A stretch of 64,000 nucleotides of DNA from Haliscomenobacter sp. (GTDB lineage Bacteria > Bacteroidota > Bacteroidia > Chitinophagales > Saprospiraceae). The stretch is from the NCBI GenBank assembly GCA_016707205.1, contig JADJHZ010000007.1, forward strand, positions 188,151 to 252,150, written 5' to 3'. The position numbers and the translations under genes are program-made. Under the pieces are notes generated by a model. That model was given only the letters and a program-made list of their open reading frames with translations, ran no database searches and was not told the origin of the DNA. Positions 30,570 to 42,391 of this stretch are shown in pieces. The number at the start of each line of letters is the position of its first letter. Positions within the stretch are counted from its first letter, which is position 1.

Positions 30570-31238
30570 ATGTATCCGATGCACGATTACGCCAAAAAAC
30601 TGCTGTCCCTGCCGGACGCGCCGGATCAGGTGAACGCGTTGCAAGCCGTTTTGAACGAAGAAAGACGCCGCCGCCAGGAATTCCGGGAATGGGTTACCGA
30701 GGAGGTGAAGGCTGAATTTATTAATGGGGAAATCGTGGCGCGCTCTCCGGTGAAAAAACGGCATTGGGATGCACTGGACCTGTTGTCCAGGCTAATGAGT
30801 GTTTATGCTTCTTCTAGAAAACTGGGAAGGGTTGCCACCGAAAAAGCCATGATCTCCCTCACCCGTAACGATTACGAGCCCGATATTTGTTTCTTTTCTG
30901 CCGAAAAAGTGGCTGCCTTTGAAGAGGACCAGCTTTTCTTTCCAGCGCCGGATCTGATTGTCGAAATCCTTTCTCCCAAAACGGAACGTCTGGACAGAGG
31001 GATAAAAAAGGACGATTACGCGGCGCACGGCGTTCGGGAATATTGGATCGTGGATCCGCTTCGCCAGCGAGTGGAGCAATTCTTCTTGTTGAGCCCGGAG
31101 GATAAAGTCTATTTCCAGCCCTATGTATTTGTAGTAGGCGAGGATATGGAAAGCCGGGTGATCCCCGGTTTCCATATCCCCGTACGGGCTATTTTCGACG
31201 AAGCGGCCAATCTCGAAGCGTTGAAAACGCTGGTCTGA
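30570..31238 (+). CDS. Uma2-family (DUF820) putative endonuclease
   Basis: 222 aa carrying the family motifs …YEPDICFF…, PDLIVEILSP…, HGVREYWIVDP. Confidence 0.8.
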   Translation: MYPMHDYAKKLLSLPDAPDQVNALQAVLNEERRRRQEFREWVTEEVKAEFINGEIVARSPVKKRHWDALDLLSRLMSVYASSRKLGRVATEKAMISLTRNDYEPDICFFSAEKVAAFEEDQLFFPAPDLIVEILSPKTERLDRGIKKDDYAAHGVREYWIVDPLRQRVEQFFLLSPEDKVYFQPYVFVVGEDMESRVIPGFHIPVRAIFDEAANLEALKTLV

Positions 31239-31243
31239 GCAGA

Positions 31244-32758
31244 TTAATCCTTTTTTGATTCCGAGGCCGGCTTGTCTTCTTCTTTTTTCTTCGCCAGGTA
31301 TTCCGGCAGTTCCATGCCCGCCATATTCAGCAAGTCGTTGAGCGGGGGAACGGAGCGATAAAGGCCTGAGATAAATTTGGAAGTGGAATTGCCTTCTCCG
31401 TCGCCCGAATTATTGCCGCCTTCCCATACGGTCACCTTATCGATCTTGATATTCTTGATGGCGTCCACCTGGATGCGCACCAGGTCAGGAAGCTGGTCGG
31501 CGATCATCAGCAGGACGGCTTCCCGGGTGTTGCCTCCAGCGGAGTTGACTACTTTTTGGAAGCCTTCCGCTTGTTTGCTCAAGACTTCATAAAGCCCCCG
31601 GGCCTCGGCTTCCTGTCGGAGGAAGATAGCGTCCGCTTCGCCTTTGGCAATGCGGCGGATCTGCTCGGCCTGAGCTTCGGCGGCGATTTCCTGTTTGCGC
31701 TTTTCGATTTCGGCTTTCACGACTTCGTCGGCTTCCCGGCTGGCTTTTTCGCGCAGGGCGCGGGCAATTTCTGCGGCTTGTTCTGCTTTGTACGCTTCTT
31801 CCAGGGCTTTTGCCGTCTGTACTTTTTCGGAGGCAGTTGCTACGCGAAGGGCTTCCGCTTCCGCCTGACGCCGCTCGGCTTCGGACTTGGCGATCTGAAT
31901 ACGCGATAGGTTTTCGCCTTCCACTGCAGTAGCATTGGCTTCAGCAACCCGGATACGCTGTAGCTGCTGCGCTTCCGCCTCCCCGGAGGCAGCGATCGCT
32001 TCGGCATTAGCTACTTTGGAGCGCTGGAGCTGGGCCGCTTCCGCTTCCCCGATATTGGCCAGTGCCTGGGTTTCGGATACCTTGATCCGCATCTCCCGCT
32101 GGGCTTCGGCTTCCCCGATCGAACCGTCGCGGTTCTTTTGGGCTACGGAGACCCGGGCGTCGTTGATGGCTTTAGCGGCAGCTTCTTTACCCAACGCCTG
32201 GATATAGCCCGACTCATCGTGGATGTCGGTTACGTTTACGTTGATGAGGCGCAAACCGATCTTCTTCAACTCCGTTTCCACGTGGTGGGAAACGTTGGTG
32301 TAAAACTTGTCGCGGTCGGTATTGATCTCTTCAATGTCCATGGTAGCAATGACCAGGCGCATCTGTCCCACGATGATATCGTGGGCGACCGTACGAATCG
32401 CGTCCAGGGAAAGTCCAAGCAGGCGCTCCGCCGCGTTGGTCATCACCGCAGGTTCGGTACTGATTCCCACGGTAAAGCGGGAAGGCACATCCACGCGGAT
32501 ATTTTGCTTGCTCAACGCATTGCGCAAATCCACGTCGATGGAGATCGGAGTCAGGTCTAGGAAGGAAAAATCCTGAATAACCGGCCAGATAAAGGCCGCT
32601 CCGCCGTGAATACATTTGGAGGATTGCCCCACACCCGTTTTTCCGTAGATGACCAAAATCCGGTCCGAAGGACAGCGTTTGTAACGGGAAATAAAGACCA
32701 TAGCGACAATCACCAGGAAACCCACAAGCAAACCGATAAGCGATAGGAAGTCTAGCAT
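31244..32758 (-). CDS. Flotillin-family SPFH/band-7 protein
   Basis: 504 aa with an N-terminal TM helix, an SPFH domain, and a long EA-rich coiled-coil (AEAQRE…AEAAQLQ…AEAQQLQ). Confidence 0.85.
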   Translation of the reverse strand: MLDFLSLIGLLVGFLVIVAMVFISRYKRCPSDRILVIYGKTGVGQSSKCIHGGAAFIWPVIQDFSFLDLTPISIDVDLRNALSKQNIRVDVPSRFTVGISTEPAVMTNAAERLLGLSLDAIRTVAHDIIVGQMRLVIATMDIEEINTDRDKFYTNVSHHVETELKKIGLRLINVNVTDIHDESGYIQALGKEAAAKAINDARVSVAQKNRDGSIGEAEAQREMRIKVSETQALANIGEAEAAQLQRSKVANAEAIAASGEAEAQQLQRIRVAEANATAVEGENLSRIQIAKSEAERRQAEAEALRVATASEKVQTAKALEEAYKAEQAAEIARALREKASREADEVVKAEIEKRKQEIAAEAQAEQIRRIAKGEADAIFLRQEAEARGLYEVLSKQAEGFQKVVNSAGGNTREAVLLMIADQLPDLVRIQVDAIKNIKIDKVTVWEGGNNSGDGEGNSTSKFISGLYRSVPPLNDLLNMAGMELPEYLAKKKEEDKPASESKKD

Positions 32759-32797
32759 GTTTATAAGGATGTTAAGATGTTACGAATTAGGGGAGGA

Positions 32798-32816
32798 GGG
32801 GGGGGGGGGGGGGGGG
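32798..32816. repeat. 19-nt poly-G homopolymer (poly-C on the coding strand) about 40 nt upstream of the flotillin start codon
   Basis: gggaggaggg followed by G×19, then ccggggggccggg. A polypyrimidine tract lies at 33019–33058. Confidence 0.7.
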
Positions 32817-33058
32817 CCGGGGGGCCGGGACTGTTCGATATTTTCTGTTTATATTTTTTAATATCACTGAAAATCAATTTTTTGAGCCAATTAGATACCC
32901 TTTTCTGAAAAGCCTTTTTAAAACTATTAGGATCCAAACGCTTCCGGGGTGGGGAGGCCCAACTGCGGTTAAGCAGCACTCCAAAGTTTCAAGATACCCT
33001 CCAGACACGCCTTTTAAATCCCCCCCCCTCCGCTCCCTTCTCTCCCCCGCTCCCTCCC

Positions 33059-33622
33059 TTACTCCCTAATCCCCCTCACCACGAGCACCCCTTCCGGAGT
33101 AACCTGATCCACGGTAACGGTAGCGCCGGTAGGGATTTCATCCCCTTTGGTGATGGCGTCCAACTCGCGGAGGGCGCCTTGCACTTCGACAAGGACTTTA
33201 CCGGTCCCTTTTTGGTTTGCGGGGATGCGCAAGTGAACAGAGCCTTTTTGCCCGATCGCGTTGTACACGTCGAGCGTGCCGCTGGATTGCAAGCGGAGCA
33301 GGGTGGTGATCACCAGATACGAAAGCCAGGCCGCCAAGCCGCCGGCAAGCCCTCCTGCCAGGATAGCTACCCAAAGGCCTGAACCCATGCGGAGCGCCAC
33401 GACCAAAGCATAGCCCAGGAACATGCCAAAAGCCAGCAGGCTTCTCAAACCCCAGAAGGCAAAGTCTACATCTCCGTGATCCAGATCCAGGTCGGTTTCG
33501 TGGCCGATGATCTGAAGGAGAAGGTATATGATAAACAACAAGCTGAAGATCAATCCGATTCCCCAAAAGACCTGTTCAGGTGCGGAGAGAGACTGCCACC
33601 AGCTCATCCACGTCAACAGCAT
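33059..33622 (-). CDS. NfeD-like (YqiJ-type) membrane protein with a C-terminal OB-fold, the partner of flotillin
   Basis: 187 aa with hydrophobic N-terminal two-thirds and a C-terminal OB-fold (…GKVLVEVQGALRELDAITKGDEIPTGATVTV…). It sits directly upstream of flotillin on the same strand. Confidence 0.7.
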   Translation of the reverse strand: MLLTWMSWWQSLSAPEQVFWGIGLIFSLLFIIYLLLQIIGHETDLDLDHGDVDFAFWGLRSLLAFGMFLGYALVVALRMGSGLWVAILAGGLAGGLAAWLSYLVITTLLRLQSSGTLDVYNAIGQKGSVHLRIPANQKGTGKVLVEVQGALRELDAITKGDEIPTGATVTVDQVTPEGVLVVRGIRE

Positions 33623-33833
33623 ATTTCAGCGTTTTGTACAAATATACCTTTTGGTCTGCAAAGAGTGGATTTCTCTCGACGATTTGGGGAAAAATAACGG
33701 CGAAGGACGATGGGTCGTTTTGTCTCGAAAAGAAAAAGGCCTTAAACCCACCTCCGGAATTTAAGGCCCTTTTTTCAAGTATTCGCGAGGGCGACGCATG
33801 CTGGCCCTGGCGTCCAAAGGATCAGGCGCCGTT

Positions 33834-36800
33834 TCAGAATTCCAATCGGACTACTTTTAAGGAAATCTTCGATCCATCTGAGTTGCGTATGGTCAGCAGG
33901 TATACGCCGCTGGCCCAGCCAGTCAGATCAATGTCTTTTTTCACTTTCAACACCTGATCTGCCCTTCCGTCGTAAACCGTCTGCCCCATGGGGTTCGATA
34001 ATTCGAACGTGAGCGTTTCTCTTTTATACAGGTCTATTTCTACGGTCAGCAAGTCCATCACCGGGTTGGGGTAAATCAGGATGCGCTCGGCAAAGTCGGG
34101 CAAATCCAGCACGGCGGTTGGCCTGGCCATCACGGTGATGGCGGCCCGGCAGGAATCCCGGTTGCCCGCAGCATCGGAAACCGTTAACGTGACCATCTGC
34201 TGACCAATATTCATGCTGTCAAACCGGCTGCGGCTCAGGGTGAAGGACGCCAGGCTGCAATTGTCGCTGGAGCCTGCATCGATCCATCCGGCAGGGAGGA
34301 TAGCCTGGCCGGCGCCGTCGAGGATGATGACCGTGTCACGGCATCGGGCAACGGGCCGAACCGGATCGTTGACAGTCACGGTCGTTTCACAGGATGCGGT
34401 GTTTCCGTTGAAATCCGTTCCGGACAAACGGACGAGCCGGGGGCCGATATCAGCACAGCTAAACGCCGTTCGGCTAAGCGCCAGCTTTTGAATGCCGCAA
34501 CCGTCGAAGCTGTTTTCATTGACCATAGCGGTATTCAAGGTGGCGGTTCCTTCTGCATTCAATGCAAGCGTTGCCGGTTTGCACTTCATGGCCGGCGCCG
34601 TTTTGTCTACATACGTCACGTCGAAGGCGAACGTATCCCGGTTCCCGAAGTTATCCTGAGCGACGTAGGTCATCCGGACGGTGGTATTGGCGTCGATAGG
34701 GTCGCCCGGATTTAATCCAGTAAGTGCGGGACTAAACTGGAAGGAGCTGACTTTTTGCTCAGGCAGGTAGTTGGCGACGATAAAGGGCTTGAACGATTCA
34801 ACCGTTAAGGGGATGGAGCAGTTGGTTCCCACCGGCAGGGTGTCTTCCCCAAAGTAGGCAAAGGTGAAGAAATTACCCTGACCACCGCACACCGGGTGGC
34901 CGGTTCCTTCCACGCGCACGGTTCGGACGGTTTCAGCAGTGCAGCCTGGGTCCTGGGCATTGCCGGGGGCGGCAGATCCTGCGTCGAAGCGGTATTTGAC
35001 GGTATGTTTTCCTGTCCCCAGGGTTGCCGGATTAAACGTTATGGCAGGTTGTCCATTGATGGTAAAAGAACCTGTTCCGGTTGCGCCTCCTGCTGATCCT
35101 TTCAATGGCGTCGCGTTTTGGGTTTGGCAGTATGCGTCATCCAGGCCGGCGATTTCAGGGGCCGGATAATAGCAGGTATTCGCCAGCGGAATGGTCAGAC
35201 CCGGATAGGCAGGGCTTTTAACCCGGACCAGATACCCGATCCCGCTTTGGTGAATGCCTTTCAACCTGTAACGGCCTGAGCCCGCAGGCGACTCGGGCAA
35301 CGTGGTGTTGCGGGGAAAAGGCAAATTGGCCGACGGATTCAGCAAGGTTGCCGTATCGATTTGCCATAATTCCCCGGAACGGGAAATGACGGTAACCTCT
35401 TCGTCAAACCATCCATTCCCCCGGCAGGCGCAAGGCGTCGTCACCGTGGTTCCCTCTGTGTTGACCACCCGGATCTGGCAGATGGAAGAAGGCAGGATGC
35501 GCACCTTAAAGGCGCAGGATGCGCTATTGCCCAGGCGATCGAACACGAGCATCTGCAAGGTCTGTATGCCGGTGTCGGCGCAGGTGAAGTAGGAGGGTGA
35601 AAATAAAATTTTGCCACCCTGCAGTTATCGGAGAGGAAAGGCCGAAGCATCGTCTCGGTAATGGCCAGCTTTCCTGTCGTGTCAAGGCGGAAAGCAGGCA
35701 GGGCATTGCATAGTATCTGGGGCACAAGGGTATCCAGCCGGTAGGTAGTGAAGATCAGGCTGTCGCACCCGTTGGCTGCCATCAATTTCCTGGTCCGGAT
35801 GCCCAGTTGCGCGGTATCGCAGGTCAGGGAATCCAGGAAAGTAGTTACCGGATTCGAATAGGTCAGCACTACGGAATCTGTTTGGATACACCCCAGGGAA
35901 TCTTTTCCTTCCAGGTAGTACACCGTACGCTGGGTAATAATTGCCACAGGGTTGGCAATTTTCGAATTGCTTAACCCTTGCGACGGAGCCCATTGGTAGG
36001 TCTGTGCACCGCTTCCTTGCAGGGCAATGCCCTGATCGCTGCAGGCTACCTGATCGGGGCCCGCATACACTGGCGGCAAACGATGGATTTTCAACAGGAA
36101 GGTGTCTTTAAGGGAGGATCCTTTTGCTGTGTCCTGGATCAGGATTGCACAGTCCGGGCATCCGGCAAATTGAGGCTGGGTTTTCCAGCCCAGTTTTCCG
36201 GCAGTGGCAGGGATTGTATTCCCCAGCAACGACAACGGTTTTCCGGCGCCGGGATAGAAATACACGTTCACGGCGTCTACCTGGCTGGCTGCCCATTGGA
36301 TATAAATGCTGTCGCCTGCGCAGTAACGGTCCAGTATTCCGTAAAGGGCGAGTGCTGGCAGGTCGTTTAGATAGATGGTTTTTTCGGCTTTCGCTTTTTC
36401 TGCTTCCTGGTTGCCGGTCTGGTCGGTGGCGCGCACGTAGATGCCGTATCTATGGCCGGGCGTTCCGGCAAAATCGATCTGCTGTTCCGAAATGCCTTCC
36501 TTGTAAGGGGTAAAGGGCCCTCCGTCGTCGGATGCGTAGATGCTGTAATTCCGGATTCCGGACCCGCCGGGGTCGTCTGAGCCGTTCCATGTCAGCGTGA
36601 CGACGGGAATGTCCAGGGTAACGGTGCTGGTGTCGGCAAGCCGGCTTTGAGGGGCTACCGCATCGATGACGTTGAAGATCTGTGGGGTTGCGATGGTTTC
36701 GTTAAGGTCAAAAACGATGGCTGCTTTGGCGAGAACAGAGTCTCCTGTCGGCGCAGTTTTCCTGGGCGCAATAGTAAAGGTCGCAAAGCCTTCTCCTTTA

Positions 36801-39800
36801 TGGGTTTTGGGGTCGTTGACGGGAAGCAGGCCGAGTTGCGGATTAGATGGCGCCAGCCCGGTCTGCGGGTCGATGGATTCGAAAATCCAGAAGATCCTGT
36901 TCTGGGTGACATCGATGCCCGCGGTGACGTCGACCAGAATACCCAGGGAATCGCGCAGGTTGAGGCGTTCGCTGTAGAACGCGGAATTAGCGGGCACGTG
37001 GAAGCGCTGGTTAGCAAAACCAAAGTCGCCGAGGCGCATGGAGAACAGGTTCAAACTGGGATCCGGATGATGCTCAACCACTACTTTCTGAGCAGGAGCG
37101 GTAGCGAATTTCGGGTCGTTCTCAAAGCGGATCGTGTAGGGCAAGGGTTCGTTGACCGACACCCAGCGCGGTTCCCCGTATCCTTCCGGACCAATGATAT
37201 CATTGGGGTCCCTGGAAACAATGATGGTCGTCCGGCGCACCTGGACGGTGGCATTGGCCGTACAGCCGTTGGCGTCGGTGACGTTCAATGGGTAATCGCC
37301 CGGGCTGGCGACGGTTTTGCGGCCCCCTTCCCAACTGAAGGTGTAAGGCTGCGTGCCACCGGTGGCCGAAGCGGTGAGTTCGATTTGCGCGATATTTTGC
37401 CCTATGGAAATAGACAGGTTGGAACTTCCGTTTACGGAAACTTTCAGCGGCTTGGGATCGTCGACGGTAGCCGAACCGGTAGCCGTCACTTTGCAGGCGC
37501 CCGAGCCGGAAGTGACGGTATAGGAGTACGTTCCTGCTTTGAGGTTGGTGCGGGTTAGTCCGCCGCTTTCTCCGTCGCTCCAACTGGCTTCGTAGCTACC
37601 CTGGCCGCCTTTGACGGTCAGTTCAATTTTCCCGCCGCCCTTCTCGGCACAGGCAGAGGTGCTGGTTTTTGCGCTTACCTGGAGTGGGATAGGGGAATCG
37701 TTGATTACTACGCGGGTTTCCCCTTTGTAAAGACAATTATCTAGCTCGAATTGGATTTGGGCTTGGTACGTTTCTGTTTTCTCAGGGAAGATCTCGTGTG
37801 GTCCGGGGCCGGTTTTTCCCAGCTCCGGCCAATAAATATGGGAATCATATTTGGTCGTTGGGGCGCCATAGGCATCAAAAACCTTTGCGCTTAAGACCAC
37901 TTTTTCTTTTGGGCAAGTATAAGATGGGCTTGCCGTTACCTTGATGTCTAGATTAGTTATTAGTAGTTGAATGTAACTTTCGCCTTTACAGGAGCCGTCT
38001 GTTACCGTAAGCCGGTAAAAGGTCGATACACTGGGCGTCACTTTTCGGGTAGGCCCGGTTTCGCCATTATCCCATTTATATTTGGGATTTTTTGCGCCTT
38101 TTGCGGTACCTGTCAGTTGAACTTCGACGCCCGGGCAGAAACTATTTTTATTTTTGGTAATGGAGACCTCCAGGTCGCCCACTTGAACTTCCTTGGAAGC
38201 TTCTCCTTCACAGCGGGTTCCTGCAGGAGAGACAAGAGTCACCGTAACGTTGTAAGTAGTCGTACTTTGCAGATTAGGCACGGTAATTTCGGCATCGGCG
38301 CTTCCTGTGCTCCACTTGAATTCGGTTTGAGTGGGGTGCTGGGTCAGGTAGGTAGTCTTGAGCTTAACTTCCTGGCCTTTACAGACGGTTTCAGGATCGG
38401 CAATGATGGAAAAATCCGGTTTCCTCCAAACATGAACCTCCTTACTATCTGAAGCTTTACAATTGGAATCATCCGTTAAGGTAACCGAGACACGTGGCAC
38501 GATCCCTAATGCAATGGCTGTGGAAGCGGTCAGCGTAGCCGAGCTCCCTTCTGCCGAGGGGCTGACTGCGATATTAAACCCATCCCAGGAAAATTTGGGA
38601 TTGGTTCCGGCGGTATAGGTTGTGGTAGCCTGGATGGTGGCATCCATGCAAAAATCGGTTTGGTCCAGATGGAGCTTTAGCTCAGGCCCAATCACGGTAA
38701 TCTGAAGGGAAGCTTCTCCTTCGCAGCCGATATCGTCGGTAGCGACTACCCGAAACGATTTGGTTTTATCGGTCTGATCGCCGCTCAGATGGAACAACTC
38801 GCTTGTGCCTAAGAGATCAACAAACCGGAGTCCGGTGATCTGCTTCCCGTCGAGGTACCGCTTTACGTCTTTAACCGCAAGAGGAGTTCCTTTTTCGTCG
38901 GTAAAGGTAGCGGTGACCTTCACGTCGTCATTGCGGCAAATGGGGAGCGTCTTATCGGTAGCCAGCGACACCCTTGGGCTGGGGTGGACTTTCAGATCAT
39001 GGGAGGCAGTGGCCTGGCAGGTGGCGCTGCCTTTCAGGGTGACTGTGACCGTGTATTTCCCCGCCTGATTGAGTTGGATTTTAGGCAAAGGCAGGTTTTG
39101 GCCGTCAATAGACTTGCCGTCGGGCGTGCTCCATTTGAATTCGTAGTCGTTGGGGTCTCCCTGCGCCAGGTTGGCTTGAAGGGAAATATCCGCCCCTTCG
39201 CAGGCGTCTTTCGGCCCGTTGATCGTGATCTGGGGCGCCGGGTACACCTTGACATCGATTTTTACGTCGGCTTTGCATCCGGTCGTTTTGCCGGTGATCC
39301 GGATGGTGTATGCACCCGAGTGGGTATTTGCCTGGGCGTTGGAGATGGTCAGGTTCTGGATTTGTTGCTTGCTTCCGTCGGGAAGGGTCCATTCAAAATC
39401 AAACCCACTATCGTCGCCGCTTGCGGTGGCGGTCAGTTTCAGTTCCTCCCCTTCGCAGATCGGCTGATTGGAAGCGGCCGTGACTTTGTGTTCGGGGTAG
39501 ACCTCCACTAAAACAGAGGCATATCCTTCGCAAGTATTCGCATCCGTAACGGTCAGTTTATAGGTCTGATTAGAATGCAGGGGCCCAACTTCGTGGTTAG
39601 GTTGGTCGTTTGAAGCGGGATCCCATTGGTAAACAAAGGGGCCTGTGCCGCCTTTGATGGAGGTTTTGATCACTGCTTTTTCTCCCGGGCAAATCGCCTT
39701 GTCGGTCCAGGCGCTCACCAGGGGTGCGTCAAATACCCGGACCGTAAATTCCGCGGTTGCAAGGCAGCCGTTCGCATCTTCCATGGTGACTTTGTATACC

Positions 39801-42345
39801 GTTTCGGCATTGGGCCGGTCCTGTATTTGCGACCCGTTGTCGGTGATACGGGTCCCCCGGTTCCAGGTGAACGTAAATGGCCCGATACCTGCCGTGCTTC
39901 TTGCCGTCAGGGTGACGAGTTCGTCCGGGCATACGGGGTTTCTGCTGGCCGTGATCTGAACCTGAGGGATGTCCACCAGAATAGTAACCTGAGCCGAATC
40001 GACGCAGCCGATGAAGTCGGTCACGGTAAGGCCGTAGGTGGTAGTGGTTTTGGGATGATCTTCCACGGTCGTCAAAATTCCCAGGTTATGGCTCCAACGG
40101 AAAGAATAACCCGGTACGCCTCCCGTTGCTTCGCCCGTGAGCCGTACGGCATCTCCCTCGCAAACAATCGTTTTGGAGGGTATAATCCGAACCAACGGGT
40201 CAGATATCCGAACGATTGTCGTATCGGTGTCCCGGCACATCCGGGCGTCCTGCGCCACGACGATATAGAAGGAGGTTGCGGTAGGAGTTAGCCTGAAAAA
40301 GGCCGTATTGCTGACTTGATTCGCCGGGGAAATCGACCCCTGGAACCAGCTATACGTATAGGGTTCGGTCCCTCCGCTGGCTTGGGAAGTAAGTAAAAGG
40401 CTGTCGCCCAGGCAAACGGTCCGGCCGATGCTGGCCTGGACCTCCACCTTGATCACCTGCGCGTCGATCGAGGCGGTGGCGGTACATCCGGTATTGAGGT
40501 CGGTCACTGTGATCCGGTAGGTTCCGGAGTGCTGAACTCCAGCCGGAGCGATGAGTGGATTTTGGGCTGTGGAACTAGCGTTATCCGGGAAGGCCCAGCT
40601 GTATCCATAGTTTCCGCTTCCACCGCCTACGGTGGCTGTGAGTTGAAGCCCTGCGCCAACGCAGACCGGGCTGTTGGAGCCCAGCGTAATTACAGGCTTG
40701 GGATTAACCCTTACCGCCACCTGGCCGCTTCCTTCGCATTGGCGGTTGTCGGTTACTTTATAGGTCAGGTTATAAACCCCGGCCTGGGAGGCTGAGAATA
40801 CGGGGTTAACGATATTCGAAGCGTTGAAGGAGCCTCCGTTCGCCGAATTCCACTCGTGCCGGATAAACTGGCCCGATCCTCCGGTTGGATTGCCCTGGAG
40901 TTGCACCGGATCGTTCGGGCAAGCCGCGTTGGGCGCGGCAGTGGGCTGTGCCTTCGGGTTGTCAAAAACGGTGATCTGGACGGTATCCATTCCGGAACAC
41001 CCCCGGGCGTCGGTTGCCCGGAGCATGAGCTGAAATACTCCGAAGGTATCTGCCTGGAAGGTGGTAATCAGGGAGTTCAGCGGGTTCAGGTAAACGGTAT
41101 CTCCCCGCCACCGGAATTGGTAGGCGGGGGTTCCTCCGCTTATCCTGCCTTCGACCTGGAGTTTGGTTCCCCTGCAAATTTCAGGCGGCTGCGGAATGGT
41201 CCGGATTTCTGCTTTGGGGTTTGGATAAACCGTCAGTTCCGCTTTTCTCGAGGTAATGGAGCCACAAGCGTTTTTGATGACGCAATCGTATTGCCCTGCG
41301 TCGGTCAGTTGAACAAATGACAGCCGCAGAGTGTCTGCAGTGGCTCCTGAGATGTTTTGCCCATTTTTTCGCCATTGGTACTGGTAGGGTTTGGTCCCCT
41401 GGACCTGAACGCCAAAGAAAACGTTTTGCCCTTCGCAAACCGCCGTATCGGCAGGCTGGCGGAGGATGGTCACGGGGATACATAGAGGGCCGGGCTGAAT
41501 AGCGAGATCGGAGACCAGGTTAAGATTTAGACTTACGAGAGTTTGGGCATTCGTTCCATTTAATTCTGCCCTCAGAATTTTATTCCCGCTGGCGATCAGC
41601 ATGGTGGTTGAGGCGGTAGTCTGGTCGATAGCGATTGCCTCGGGACTGGAAACCGCCGGGGCCGCCAGAAGTTGTTCAACTCCTGTTCCGTTCGCGTTTG
41701 CCCGCATCACCCGGCTACTACCCCGGTCGGTCCAATAAAGTTTTTTATCTGTTCCAATAGCCAGATCGCTGACCGAGGTGATCCCCGAGCCAATCAGGAC
41801 TTCTACGGTATCTCCAATGGAATTGGCCTTAAGGATCCGGTTGCCGTCGCCGATATACCATCGAAGGGTGTTGGGGTCGTAGACTAACGCCCCTGGGGCA
41901 TTGACCCTGGGTTTGGATATCCAGGTTTCCACTCCGGTTTTATCGGCATTGGCCCGGTTTACCACACCGCTGATATCGGTCCAGTAAATTTTTCCGTCCG
42001 GGCCTACCACAATGGCTGTGACTGCAGTGATACCGGTCCCTACGAACGTTTCCAAATTCTTCCCATCCAGTTCCGCCTGGTAAATGCGGGTCCCGTCGCC
42101 GATATACAACCGCACGCCCGGATTAATGGCCAGCGCTCCCGGACTGCTCAGCTGGGGGCGTTCGGTAAGGTTTGGATATATGCCCCATCGGCAGAAGAAC
42201 GCTGTAACCGCCCGGCAAGGCTATCTGTCCAGTAAATGGTGTTTTGCCCATTCACCCAGGGAAGGAAAGCGAAGAGCCAGAGCGCAAGAACTGCCCACGG
42301 GCTGCTCATCGGTTGCTGGGTTGATTTATAATTCCTGGTTGCCAT
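33834..42345 (-). pseudogene. Giant T9SS-secreted adhesin (~2.8k aa), read as one gene broken by two 1-nt frameshifts at ~35617 and ~42146. Domains are an N-terminal six-bladed YWTD beta-propeller, many Ig-like/PKD/SprB/HYR-type repeats, and a C-terminal T9SS sorting domain.
   Basis: Three ORFs (42148–42372, 35441–42115, 33834–35558) are contiguous if one base is restored in a C5/G5 run at 42141–42149 and in a ggg run at 35611–35625. The N-terminus has the signal peptide MATRNYKSTQQPMSSPWAVLALWLFAFLPWVNG and then YWTD…YIGD repeats. An Ig I-set-like module reads YQWRKNG…DAGQYDCV. The C-terminus YPNPVMD…GVYLLTIRNSDGSKISLKVVRLEF is a type-A Por_Secre_tail. Confidence 0.8.
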
Positions 42346-42391
42346 AGTTCGATCATTTTGAAAGAAAACCATCCTTTGCCATCCTACCCGC

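Noticed and set aside
32761-32979. 72-aa ORF encoding PPAPPPPPPPPPL
   Set aside because: It is an artefact of translating the poly-G/poly-C homopolymer. The region is intergenic between nfeD and flotillin.
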